This document shows, piece after piece, positions 51,930 through 63,990 of a DNA stretch of 64,000 nucleotides. The DNA is from Dicyema japonicum (taxonomy: Eukaryota > Animalia > Dicyemida): the NCBI GenBank assembly GCA_011109175.1, contig RDEW01000034.1, forward strand, positions 584,126-648,125. The letters are read 5' to 3'. A program made the position numbers and the translations under genes. Positions within the stretch are counted from its first letter, which is position 1, and each line of letters opens with the position of its first letter. Below the pieces are notes generated by a model. That model did no database searches. It saw only the letters and a program-made list of their open reading frames with translations, and was not told the DNA's origin.

Positions 51930-52760
51930 AACTAACAGTTAACAATTATTGGATGCTCTGGTAATTGAGAACGCATTTCCTCGATGATTTGCATCGTAAT
52001 GTGCTCAATGGGTCAGCTTTTTTCTCTTCATTCCTTTTTTTTTGATATGTTTATCAGGGTCAGAGACCTGTTTCTTATGATTCCTACCATCTCACGGTGA
52101 CTGGTTAAAAAATGAATTGTCTATCGATACATTCGAAATTCTCATCTTTAGGGAATCTGTCTTTTCCGAGGCTGAGTCTGTATTAGATGTTCAAATATGA
52201 TATCCGAGATATTCAAACAAGTGGCGTCCCAGCCGAGGTATGAGTCTGTATTAGATGTTCAAATATGATATCTGAGATATTCAAACAAGTGGCGTCCCAT
52301 TTTCCCATGTAAAGAGATTTGTTTCTTCAGACTTTTTGTTGGTTTAGGGAAGTCCGATAGGCTCAACTTGACACGAAAACCGACCGCTTATACTCCTCCA
52401 CCAATAACTCAGATGATTTAACTGATTCTCGGATTCCTTTAACGACTCTTCCTCAAAAGAGAAAGTTAATACATTTAGCGTCGACCATTCTTCCACATCT
52501 ACAGCTATTGATCACACAAACATCTATTTCGAGGCGGAAGCAAACCACAATTCTTGTGGCTTCGTCATCAAGTGTCCCAAATGAGTTGCATGAGAATGAT
52601 GTGAGTCCTGCAACACTTCGGTTTGTCGATGTAGAAACAATCGTGCCAAGTTATATCTCATCAATAGTCTGAGCATAAAAGTTTGTCCCAGTCTCGTTGT
52701 TTATTAGAGTTCTTTAGGAATCTCACACATAGACGCATCCAGCATTCCTAAGCTGCCCAT
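51930..52760 (-). mobile_element. CRE-like 3' fragment, inverted paralog of 11850-12590
   Basis: Collinear reverse-complement similarity to 11850-12600 (e.g. TCAGGGTCAGAGAC, TCTGTCTTTTCCGAGGCTGAGTCTG, GAGAATGATGTGAGTCCTGCAACACTTCGG). Confidence 0.8.
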
Positions 52761-53164
52761 GTCACTGGTCAGAGACCAGTTCGCAAGGCTGTAATTAATT
52801 ATCACCTCGATTGATTTCCAAAAATATTTTGGTCACTCCTGGTATCAAATTTCACAGACCAGTCAATAAGAGTTGAGATTTCTATTATGATGCCTCATTT
52901 TTCCGAAATATTGTTAACATTTCCAAATTGGCATTTTTCGTGGATATAACTTCGCCTCTAAATGACCTATATTTGAAACTGCATGCATGTAATCAATTTA
53001 TACACTAAATATATGCACAAATCACTGCTTTTGAAAAGAAATTGATGTTGTGGGTATTACAGTTACAAAAAGGAAATATGACGCATTTTTTGAATTTTCT
53101 TTCTACGAATGAATATGCAAACAGTTATGGAAATTAAAATTTATTAAATAGGACAAAACATCAG

Positions 53165-53870
53165 TTAGCTTCCGCCCTCACTCCCCACGTCCCAAACAAG
53201 TGGTTTCCCGGCCTCGAAGGGAAATATAATCATCCCGTCCGGTCGTTTCCCGTCACTTCTGCATAACCTGACCGGTTCAAGAATGGCCGAGTATCCAGCA
53301 GCATCCATAGCCCGCTTGACAATCTCATTCAGAGCCTTGTGCCTTGGGAATCTACCAGCGCTCCTCTTGCAGGCGAGAGGGTCTAGGACATAACAGTCTA
53401 TCAGGATGCCACATCGGCACGGGTGAGGTACACATACTTTCAGTCCCAGCCGCATAGAGATAGTACTTCTAACGCATCCATTATCCAGAAAGGTGCCCAG
53501 AGCTCCATTTGGGATGGCGTTTAGCCAAGCTTCGCTCTCAGGGGAAGCCCCCGAAAGCAAACAAACGCGTCGGTGCTGATTGGCTGATTCCAGTAAGAGT
53601 CCAATTGATTCCAGCACATAAATTGTCCAGGTTTCGCTGGTAGTCTTGTGAAGGAAGCAGAGGGAGGTTGGTGGCATTCCAGGGTTCTCGTGCCTGGGTT
53701 ATGTCTTGGTCAATTGAGAATTCGGGTAGGGAGTGTAGAATCCTTTTGACATGGAAGCTACAGCCTACTAGTGATTATAGGTATGAAGGGAGTGAAAGGT
53801 CCACAGGGTTCCGAATTCCAAATCCTCCGAGTCTCACTGGCAGCGTAGCTTGCTTCCATGAGTAATCCTC
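53165..53870 (-). mobile_element. CRE-like retrotransposon fragment (zinc knuckle plus start of REL)
   Basis: ORF 53165..53677: AWLNAIP...CRCG...[17 protein letters not shown]...[12 protein letters not shown]...PFEAGKPLVWD. Confidence 0.9.
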
Positions 53871-53879
53871 GAACCAAAC

Positions 53880-54281
53880 GTTGAAAATACGTTCCGCGGT
53901 CGTTTTGGATTGAGATTAGAATTTTCATCATGTTTCATGGATTTTAGAGTTTTGATATTGAAACAGAGACAGAACCAGATTGTTATTAAATGGAATTACT
54001 TGAAATTCAATGCGACAATACACTTAAAATATTTTATTTTTGGAAACACATTTTACGTGAACAGTTATTCTCCAAAATGAATAATGTAAAAAATTTTCAA
54101 AACAAGGATGACTGATATTAACGATATATTACTTTTAGCTACCAGTGAGATTAACGTAGACATTATTACTTTATTAAAAAATAAATTCACTTCTTTGAAA
54201 TTTTAATTTTTTTTTGTTTGGCCCGCATCTCATAAAAAATAAAATTTTGGCCCGCGATGCCAAAAAGCCTGTCGACCCCCG
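53880..54281 (+). mobile_element. hAT transposon 3' remnant (GTF2IRD2/SPIN-like dimerisation region plus terminus)
   Basis: MELLEIQCDNTLK and EQLFSKMNNVK..RMTD motifs, GGCCCGC subterminal repeats, and a hAT-like terminus near 54281. Confidence 0.65.
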
Positions 54282-54676
54282 ATCTAAACTGTATTTTCTT
54301 TAGTATCATTGTTGCTAAGTTTTCCACTTTTTAATATCTTCCCATTATCCAAGTATGGATCCTAACTTACTCACACTTCTCCATGTTTCTTCAACTGACT
54401 GGGCTTTCATTTTACTGTTTTTATGTCCCTCTTTTGGATATTCATTTCAATGACCATTTGTCGAATATTTCGAGTTCTCAGTTTAGGATTTTTTATATCG
54501 CCCATCTTGCATATTGTGGGAAGAAAAAGCCAAATCCTCAAATCTCTGTGCGTAATATTCGACAATAAATCAATTTTGCTATTTTAAAATAAGTTTAAAT
54601 TAAAATATTAATTATTTAATATTTGATAAAATTTATATTTTATTTAAAACTTTTTAAAAATTGGCGGTTGGTGTTG

Positions 54677-55202
54677 ATGCAAAAATTGGAAACAAATTTA
54701 ACTTATAAAGACATGGATGAGCTATTAGCTGCTGTGGAACAATTTGGGAATGAAACAAATTCGACATACCAACTTTCTGAGAGTCGGCCAATTTCAGATT
54801 GTCCCTTTGTGATCCCTAATAACAATCTTAATTTTTACTCAGTCCGTTTCTGCTGCAGTCGAACCACATGCCATCAGAAATATTCTGCCGAGTTGATAAA
54901 AACACTAAGTCCTTAAAAGTTCTTAAATTGATCCGCGGACACAACCACAAGACCGAATCAAAATCTCCTCAGAAATTTACTCCAAGGACCAAGAAACCCT
55001 TGTGGAACCGCGATGAGCGCTTTGTAGTAGCCAAGCAATTGACTGATAGATTGGCAGCGTTAGCCTCATATTCAGATGATCGTGTAGAGACGATAAGAAG
55101 ATTACTAGAAGAGTGGGAGAATAATGGTTGTAAGTGTAGTTAATTATAGTGAATGAGGATGATATGTTTGTTGGACCTAAAAAACGAAGGAGGATTTGTT
55201 GA
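54677..55202 (+). CDS. FAR1/ZSWIM3-N (WRKY-GCM1-like, MULE-derived) DNA-binding domain protein; one 1-nt frameshift
   Basis: ORFs 54623..54916 and 54868..55143 join with one added C (CPSEIFCRV), giving FYSVRFCC...C...C...HNH. A 20-nt GT-AG intron at 55130-55149 adds a last exon ending PKKRRRIC*. Confidence 0.6.
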
Positions 55203-55799
55203 CTTGTTTTTTAATATATTTAATTACCTCCAATGAATTGATATCATTCTCACAATCAATGGACGTATCTATTTCCCACGTGGGTAGGTTAAATGATGAA
55301 TAGAGTTCAACTTGAGTCGAGTCAGAACTAAGTTTTAAATGAGTAGTTGAACTAGAGGGGATAGATGAAAGCATGTAATTTACACATATTCGATTTAAAT
55401 GATAGTTTTATGTGGGCAATTAATATAATGTACATGTCCTTTATAGAACTATGTATATAATAGCTATGAACTTTTGTGTCGATTACGACAAAGGATTTAT
55501 GTTCTGCTCATTATCTTCTTCATTTCCTATAAGGCGTCAGTTGATCCACCTATCTCAGAGACGCTTACTTCCTGCCCAAAAAGGATCCCTCTTTACTTTA
55601 CTGTAAGGTTCACAATGTAAAATATGGATGGACGTGATGATCGGACAGGATTACTCGATCAATGGATTAGTCATTATGTGTTAAATAAATAATATATAGT
55701 CGTATGTAAAGGAAAGTTATTAACATGTTGTGAGAACATTAATAAATTTATTTGAATTAATAATATCTGTTAAATTGTTATATAAACATGCAACGCGCT

Positions 55800-56670
55800 T
55801 TCTATTCGGTGGCGTTAAAACTCTCTCGAGTTGGCAAAAATGTTGAAAGGGAAAGGGTCACTAGCGCTACCTGATGGTATGAATGTAATTCTTGCCATAT
55901 CCGAGAGCGTTGTGGCAGATGACCCAAAAGAATGGGCGAGGCAGGTAGTCCTTCAGATACGTAGCAGGCTATCTCGAATGCCCTGAAATGGTTGGCCATA
56001 TTTGGCGGAGCTCTGCAGTGGCAGATTCAGTACTGCTATATATATGAGTGAACTCAAGAAAATGGCTGTAGGCAAAGAGAGTACTGGTCTAAAGGGGCGG
56101 GGACCAGGTGACCACAACTGTCAAAGAGAACACGAGCACCAGAGCTGTGATACGTTGCAGCTCAAGCATGTTTATGAGGTCTTCGCGCGGAATCTCACTG
56201 CAGTGGCAGATGTCCCACTTGAGGACCGTAGATTTACCCGCAAGATCCCTTATTGTAAGGTTAACGGAGTAGTGTTAACCTGCATCAATAAGGCTGTGGC
56301 TTATGCGGTGGAGGCTAAGCCAGTAGGGTCACCGGGTGACATCTCCCTAGTGCTGTATGCAGGAATTGACGGACAAGCCCAGAACACCCAGTAAATGGAG
56401 GGGGCAGATCTGTGCCAAGATTGCTCGGAGACAGATAGAGCTGGAAGCACTGGAGGGGCACTTAAGTAGTGTGGCGAGATGGGTTAAAGGAAAAGCAACG
56501 CTATAGTAAAGGGGCTAATTAGTAAACTCCGTGTTCCCAAATGGGACCTCATAGAGTTGAGGAGGGCAAAGGTGGAGTTAGAGGGGCAATAATGGTGTAT
56601 AAGAGGAAACTCCATACACATGAAAGTCGGTGTAAGAGAAGGAGAGAAAATAATCTGTTTGAGTTTAATC
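55800..56670 (-). mobile_element. Possible decayed LINE endonuclease region
   Basis: GC-richer block with a weak GDV...W-like motif on the minus strand and many stops. Confidence 0.25.
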
Positions 56671-58340
56671 GCAGATGTTTTACCGTCGCCTACACGAAAA
56701 TAGCATAATGTGTTTCCAGGTTACATATAAAAATCTTTTGAAAGTATGGATTCAAAGGCTTAATGGCTCCCATCACTTGTATAAAGCTCTCGTAAAACCA
56801 TTCCATTCTTACATATCTGTAACATGGAGAATCTCAAAAACTTACGGACAAAGACTCACTTTTTTTCATAGAACAAACTTCTGTTTTTTTTGTATCATAG
56901 TATTTGGGTGTTACCGAAACTACACAGTTTTTTAAAAATTACTGAAGGCATCCGTAAAAGAGCAGCGTTATTGTGTAAGACGTTCTAAATGCAAGGAATT
57001 TGTTCCTAGCATTAAATGATTATGCTGTCTAGCTGCTAAACTACTACATAGGTGTTGTGGAGTTTGAGCCCAAAGAGTATGATGAGATGGATGTTATGAT
57101 CCGTGGAGTACTCAGAGAGAACCATGTCCATGTGCTGGCAGCCAATAAGGAGAGACTATATTTACCCGTGATAAATTCGGCCGTGGACTGTGTGGAGTAG
57201 TCCAACTAAGTGAGCGTATCCTAATGCGAATGCACGACACCCTGATAGCTGGGTCAAGTGTGTCTGCTAGGAAGCACGCCATAATAACGACCGAGAAAAC
57301 ACGGGCAACCCACCTAGGCACTATCAGACCTTTTTGTCTGCTAAGTATGGTGTTGATGATGGTGGACTAGTAAATGTGAAGGCGTTGATCGAATTACAAT
57401 ATAATAATTTGATGGAAAAGATCAACTTAAAAAGCTTTCATAAGGTCCTCTTCAGAGCATTGGACAACCCACATGTCGACCTTAAATTGTCGACAATATG
57501 GCTAAAACACGGTGACAACTCGCGCTGTACACGTATATGCAAGACCGCAATATTTTTTGGGGTCGATCAACAAATACATGTCCCCACTTTAAGTCAAGGA
57601 GCATGTCGGTTGATCATTTAGCCACTCGATGTGGATCCATGCTCTGCCACGACTATGTGTGGAGGCACAACGAGGTAGTAAGGAGTCTTCATCTTCTACT
57701 ATGCAATAAGTATGGTATTCGCCACATCAGAAAGTTGCGGACTCATAAGGTGCAATCTGTAGTAGAGAACACTAGGGTTCAGATTAATATAGATAGTGTT
57801 GTCCGTACCTCGGTGCTAGTCAAGCACAATAAACCGGACATTGTGGTACACGATATGGAGTCTGGGCAAGTCTTTTTCATAGAGGCTGGCATTACGTCTC
57901 AAGATTTTTGGCAGACTGTGGAAGTGGAGAAAAAAAGAAAGTATGACTTGCTTGCAATTGAGATGGGGCAGATGCTTGGTTGCAAAGTCCTCTTATTCCA
58001 ATAGTAATGACGTGGGAATGAATTGCAACAAAGTACCACAAGGGTTATCTGAAGCAGTTGGGGGTAGATAGGATGCTCCAGGCCTATCTACAGTCCACTG
58101 TATTAAAGCGGACCCTAGAGAGCCTGACACTGGAGTATAGGAAGCAGAGCCCTGAGATGCCATATGGACAGAGGGTTCAATTGGACAAGGCGCTCTCGGA
58201 GTTGTTTCAGCAACCAGAATCGAACCTGCCTGAGGAGGCTGGCGAACCAGGAAGGTTGTTGATTATTAAATATATTAACTTTTTATTGTTGGTTAAATAA
58301 AGTCCTGTTAAATTGTTTATTAAATTTAACTAAATAAATG
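56660..58340 (+). mobile_element. R4/Dong-like non-LTR retrotransposon 3' part (CCHC finger plus REL endonuclease)
   Basis: ORF 57537..58004: C..C-like...SVDHLATRC...YVWRHNEVV...HNKPDIVVHD...IEAGIT...KKRKYD. ORF 58058..58300: QAYLQSTVLKRTLESL. An AATAAA-rich 3' end follows. Confidence 0.85.
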
Positions 58341-58497
58341 ATAACCAATTAAGGATAGAGTGATTGTTGTTTCTGACAAACTTGTAAAAATGGTGGACTA
58401 AATCTGTTAATGTTAAGCTTCAGTCTTTAAGAAGATCGAAAAGGCTTATGGAGAGTAATGTGAAATATCACCAGCTTTTTCCTTGTATTTTATTAAT

Positions 58498-58590
58498 GTG
58501 AAGACCATTCATTGGTTCACCCTCAACGATTCCTCTACGATTAGTTATAATAACTGTTCTTTACTTAAATAAAGTGTGTGTTCTGCACGA
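58498..58590 (+). mobile_element. Fragment related to the SINE internal region
   Basis: CTACGATTAGTTA.AA.TAACTGTTCTTTACTTAAATAAAGTGTGTGT.CTGC matches 35974-36027, but the downstream tail differs. Confidence 0.7.
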
Positions 58591-58869
58591 GTGAAACCTT
58601 AGGTATTTTACGTGCTTATGGCAACGCGGGAGTTCTTACTTAACTTATTAATGTAAAAACTTTACTTATCCTTATTTTAGTTGTGCAAATAAGAAATTAA
58701 AAACAAATTTTGTCTCCCTTTAAAAAGTAGCTTACGACTAGATTAATGATCCTGCAGGAGATTCTCAAAATAATTGAGTACTCGCGAGACTCTCATATTC
58801 TGGAAATATGAATATTTTTTTTGGATTTGTAAATTCATAAAAATTTAAGAAAAAGTGAGAAAATGGTAA

Positions 58870-59070
58870 TATAGCGGCTGCTCTGACTGCGTGGCTATTC
58901 CCTCTCAGGATGGAGAGCGAGAGTCGCTCAAATAACCACAGCGCTCATGGGGATCTCCTGGTCGTGCAGAAATCCGATTCCCTAGACGACTCAAGAATTC
59001 CAGCGTCGCATGTGCAATGAACCGTCTCAACGGCGAGTAAAACGAAAAGAAAGTCATTGGGTAGGACCGC
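58870..59070 (-). mobile_element. CRE-like 3' end fragment
   Basis: The minus strand encodes LAVET...WLFERLSLSILRGNSHAVRAA. Confidence 0.75.
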
Positions 59071-59121
59071 GTACTATTAATTAATTCAAAAATTATTAAT
59101 AAAAAATCTAAATTTCAGATA

Positions 59122-60955
59122 CAGTCAAACCTCTAAAACGACTCCTCGTATACCGGAATTCCTTAAGTCCGGACCTATTCACCTCATAGGCCATCACTGC
59201 TATTTCATCTTCGATATACCGGATCTCTTCTATTCCGAATACCGGCCGATTTTGTGGTCCCAACTTGAATTTTCTTTTATCATAAACCGGCTTTCTGACA
59301 TCAATCTTTGATCTAATCCTATTAATCGTCTTTAACCTTGAATTGTGAACAACGATAGAGATATATATTGCGAACAACTCGACTACGTTGCGAATTGTCT
59401 TTAAAGAAGAAAATTCAAATAATAAATGAATCGAACCAAACACCTAAGCCGACACAAAAATTTCTCAGTAAAAAGTATGGAGTTGGATGCAGCACTGTAT
59501 CAGACATACTTAAAAAGGCTGATATTTATTTGGAATCATTAAGTAACAACGCAAATTCTGCTAAAAAACGTTTTGACAACCACTGCAAATTTGAAAATTT
59601 GAATAAAATCACTTGGGAGTGGTTCCAGATAGCTCGTTCCAAAAACTTTTGTTTGTCAGGACCAATTATTATCGCAAAAGCTACAGAGTTTGCTAAAACA
59701 CTGGGCGAAAATGATTTAAATCTTCCACTGGCTGGTATGCAGGTGGAAGTCACGTTACTCAATCCAGTCGTACTGTATCAGTGGTGAAGATGCAAATGTT
59801 GACAGTGATGTTGTTTCTGACTGGATGGAACGTGTACCTTTTCTAATTTAGGGATATCGACCAGAGGATATATTTAACTGCGACGAAACCGGAAAATTCT
59901 ATCGTGCCCTACCTGATCATCACAGTGGATCAAACAAGTCGAAGGAACGTCTGTAATGGTTGCATGCAGTTCGACAGGAGAAAAGCTAAAGCCAATTGTA
60001 ATCGGCAAGTCTCGAAAACCCCGATGTTTAAAGAATATTAATCTGAATAAGTTACCTGTTATTTACTGCTCCAACGTTACAGACTGGATGACATCGAAAT
60101 TGTTTTCAAAATGGTTGCAAGATGTGAACATGCAGATGATGCGCCAGAAACGAAAAAATATTATGTTTTTGGATAATGCAGCATCACATTCACCAAACGT
60201 AAAATATTCCAACGTGGAACTCAAATTTCTTCCAGCTAACACAACGAGTGTCATAGATCAAGGAATTATTCGGTCATTTAAAGAAAGATACAGAAGACTT
60301 CTAATGACTCAACTTCTTGCCAAAATGGACACATAAACCAATGCGACACCACTCGCAAAAAATTTCTTTCTTGGATGCTATCCGGTGGATTAGCACAGCT
60401 TGGATGGACGTGAAATCAAACACAATCTCCCTCTGCTTTAATAATGTGGCATTCCAGTCAAAATATATAAACGACAATTCTGAAAACAATTTACTGTTCA
60501 TACCCCTCATGAATAGACTAGTCGATAATCCAATGACAGAAGAAGAATTTGTCAACTTAGACTTGGAACTACCCACTGAAAATCCTAAGAATACCAAACA
60601 GTCTCAGCTTCTGAAGATAATGACAGTCACTCAGATTCTGATAAGCAAACAGAGCCAAAACATATAGAGAAATTAACACGCACAAATGTTCAACAAATGT
60701 TAGACCAAATCTGCCACTTTGCTTGCACTCAAGACCCTGCATTACTCGATCCCGTCGACAGACTATCTGAACAATAAAGCGATTGCTGAATGAAAGCTAA
60801 ATACGAGGCAATCCTCATTGACAGATTTTTATTAATTTTACTGTTTCACTTTTTCGTTATAAGTAAACTCAATGAGTTGTTCAATATACCGGCCTCCCTC
60901 TATACCGGACAATTCTGTCGGTCCCGAGAGGAATCGGTTTAGAGGAGTTTGACTG
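59122..60955 (+). mobile_element. Complete pogo/Tigger DNA transposon, frameshifted transposase
   Basis: TIRs CAGTCAAACCTCTAAAACGA.TCCTC at 59122 and its complement ending at 60955, with TA on both sides. Motifs: HTH (ORF 59368..59787), IFNCDETG, MFLDNAASH and FLPANTTSVIDQGIIRSFK (59956..60336). Confidence 0.93.
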
Positions 60956-60999
60956 TACTTCTTAATTCCTCATAAATCGATATTAAGATACAATTTTGA

Positions 61000-61330
61000 A
61001 TCTGTTAGCTGCGTCTTCTAACGAATCTACCCCCGATCTTTCCCCCCAATGCTTGACCATGCCGCCATCAAAAATAATGGCTCCGGCTTCATCGGTCTGT
61101 GTGGCCAAGAAACAAGTCGTTTCTTCCATTCAAGGCTAGAGGCCTCAAATACATGAAATTTGGGAAAAAACCCACCCCTCTTCAAACTCTAGTGAAAGAT
61201 GATCGTCGTCTATTCAGGAAAGCCGTGGGTACTCTGGAGGAACATAGGAAAAACCTCTCGATCCTGTTGAGGCGTACCGGGATCACTTAATTAGTTGGTT
61301 TACCCTTTTTTTCATGGTGTTCCCTTTTTG
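61000..61330 (+). mobile_element. 3' end of the LINE family at 9540-11620
   Basis: ORF 61099..61290 aligns with 9573..9773 (KKPT....L.K..RR.FRKAVGT.EEH.K.LSILL..T.IT*). Confidence 0.75.
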
Positions 61331-61399
61331 GGGTTATTAAATAAATAATACAGTGAAATAAGTTTCTTCCCAAGGGAAATCATATTCTAGTAGGCATAG

Positions 61400-61950
61400 T
61401 GATCTTATTGATCCTAGAGTCGGTAGATGAATGAGATAATCAGATATTTTACAGTGGCACCTGTGAAATAGTGATACAATGATAGACCTGCTAGTTTGAA
61501 ATGTCTTTTTGGCAATTTTTCACATTGGATGAATGTGACACCTTTGTCATAAGTGAGTCGAAAGATGGTCTTTACGACTCTTGATTTTGTAGAATTAATT
61601 TTCTCAACGTTTGATTGGGTAGGTTGATCCCCAAACAACATAACCATAACTCAATGTATTGGGTATACAAGGGACGTTATGTTTAATGATCTTTTGATTT
61701 TAAAAAGTAGTATTTTACAAAGTTTAACTTTCATGAAGACTCACTGATTGCATTCAAACATGTTGCTGAAAGTCATCAGTGTGTCAAAGGTTACTCTAAG
61801 AATCTTGACTGAGTTCATGTATGAGAGTTGTTTTCCCTTCAATAACAGTTGAGGGGAATAATTGTCATTCTTCTATTTGATGTAAACAGAGAAGTCGAGG
61901 ATTTCTCCGTAGACATTGATTTATATTCTAACCATACGTCTGGGGATCTC
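61400..61950 (-). mobile_element. Jockey/I-type RT C-terminal fragment
   Basis: The minus strand encodes SVKILRVTFDTLMTFS, similar to KILGVTFDTFLCFS at ~2750. Confidence 0.55.
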
Positions 61951-62119
61951 GAATACTGGATTTTGCTGCGAAGGCTAAAGAAAAGAAATACGATCGACTT
62001 CTCGACCGATCCACCTGTGGAATTGTAGAAAGTTACCGTCCTGTCCCGAGAGACCAGAACCTCTTCTTACATTCACAATCATGCTAACTAATTAACCAGA
62101 CTTCTGATTACTTTTAAAT

Positions 62120-63990
62120 TGATGCAAGAGATTTGTCTCTGAAGAGAGATTCTCTCTTTCTTTTCGTCCGTCCAAGCAGCAGTGGAGGACTAGATGGGCT
62201 CAGTCCGGGTCACCTCAAAGATCTCATTGTTCATAACACGGGCAACTCTGGGGTCCGGCTCGTGTTGACCATCACCAAACTAATGAACAGGATGCTATCA
62301 GGGACACTACCAGAAACAACTCGACACGTAATGTTCTCCGAAAAGTTAATCGCATTCGACAAGAAGGAAAGTGGAATACGCCCTATTGCTGTCGGCTTGG
62401 TCTTCGTCGGTTGGCCTCAAAGCTTGTATGCAGAGCAATCCTGCCTACGCTGATAACACAGCTACAACCGATCCAAATAGGGGTCGGCACACCAGGGGGT
62501 TGTGAAGCGCAGTTCATGTTATCCGAACATTTACCGAAACGAAAGAGAACATTCCGAATGTAATCGTCAAAATTGACATTAAAAATGTCTTCAATTCGAT
62601 ACGACGTGAAACACTTCTAAAAAATTGCTTCACATACTACCCATCAGTGTACAGCTATATTCATAGCTCGTACGGTCAACAATCCAGTCTGGTACATGGT
62701 CAATACTACATCCCATCGTCTTCTGGAGTCCAACAAGGAGACCCACTGGGGCCGCCTTGTTCAGCCTGGGAATTGTTCGTATCACAGGATATTGTTCCAC
62801 TCCTCTAAGAGTATGGTATCTGGATGATTGCACTATGGGCGGCCATCCGAAGGATGTACTAGATTGTTTGAAAAGTCTGGTAGTCCAATGGAATCCCTAT
62901 GCCTAACTCTAAACTCAAATAAGTGTGAAGTTATCAATTTTGGATTTCCGCAGCTTGAATGGGACTTGATCCTTTATATGTTCAGAGAGATCATTCCGAA
63001 AGCCACAGAAACCAAATCAGAACAACTGGAAATACTAGGATGCCCTCTTACTGATGCTGGAATCAGTAACACTCTAAGAACAAAAGAACACCAACTAAAA
63101 ACAACATTCAGACGTCTGGAGATGCTGGACGCACATACTTTCCTATTCCTCTGAGAAACGCCTTATCAGCAGAAACTGAACTACGTTCATCGGGGGGCAC
63201 CCTGCTACCTGAAAATGCAACAGCTCGATGCTATCAATTCCTTCTTCCGGGCCATTATTGAGCGTATCACAAATGTGAAATTTGAGAACCAAGGGTGGGA
63301 CCAAGCGACCCTACCCGTTAGCCTGGGCGGACTGGGAATCCCTTCACCGAAAGATCTGGCTTGCCCCGCGTATCTGTCCTCTTTGGGCTCCAGCCGACTG
63401 CTGATCAGGATGATTCTCCAACTCCAAACAGAATCATCTGAAATCACAGATATGGAGCAATTGAAAGGGATGATGCGTGAGCAGAAAGACCGTTACAGGA
63501 CCATCTGCGAGGATAAATATGAGAGGCTTCTCAACCAATCAAACCAACACAGACGTGCCTGACGCTTGGATCAATGCACTCCCCGTTGGTAGTGTCGGGG
63601 CCTACTTTGACGACGATACTGTCCGCATCGGCTTCTCCACCAGACTTGGACTGGAAATTTGCCGGACTCACAAATGCCGGTGTGGCGCTACCGTTGATTG
63701 TTATGGACACCATGACCTCTCGTGTCGAAGAAGTGCAGGACGATTCCCAAGACACAAGGCGATCAACGGAATTGTCAAGCGAGCCCTGGACTCTGGGATA
63801 CCATGTCATAGTTGAACCTGTTGGTCTTGACAGAAGAGACGGAAAACGTCCCGACGGGATCACAATTTTCCCATTCGAAGAGGAGAAACCTTTGATCTGG
63901 GACGCTACTTGTGTCGACCCACTATGCCCGTCCAACATTGTCGGGAGCGCGGTAGACACAATGTATCACGGAAAAAACGATAAAGGCAAA
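62120..63990 (+). mobile_element. CRE-like retrotransposon (RT, zinc knuckle, REL start), frameshifted
   Basis: [79 protein letters not shown] and GKRPDG motifs. Confidence 0.92.

Larger units (their letters stand above)
28353..52030. repeat. Tandem array of ~3.65 kb units (6 complete plus 1 partial), each carrying a surface-protein gene and TE debris
   Basis: The marker TCAATTTCAGTAAA recurs at 28441, 32088, 35733, 39726, 43348, 47347 and 51012. Spacings are 3647, 3645, 3993, 3622, 3999 and 3665; the two long units contain the SINE. Confidence 0.98.

Noticed and set aside
52166-52298. CRISPR-like direct repeat
   Set aside because: It is only two adjacent ~67 bp copies with no unique spacers, inside a CRE remnant. 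This is a local tandem duplication.
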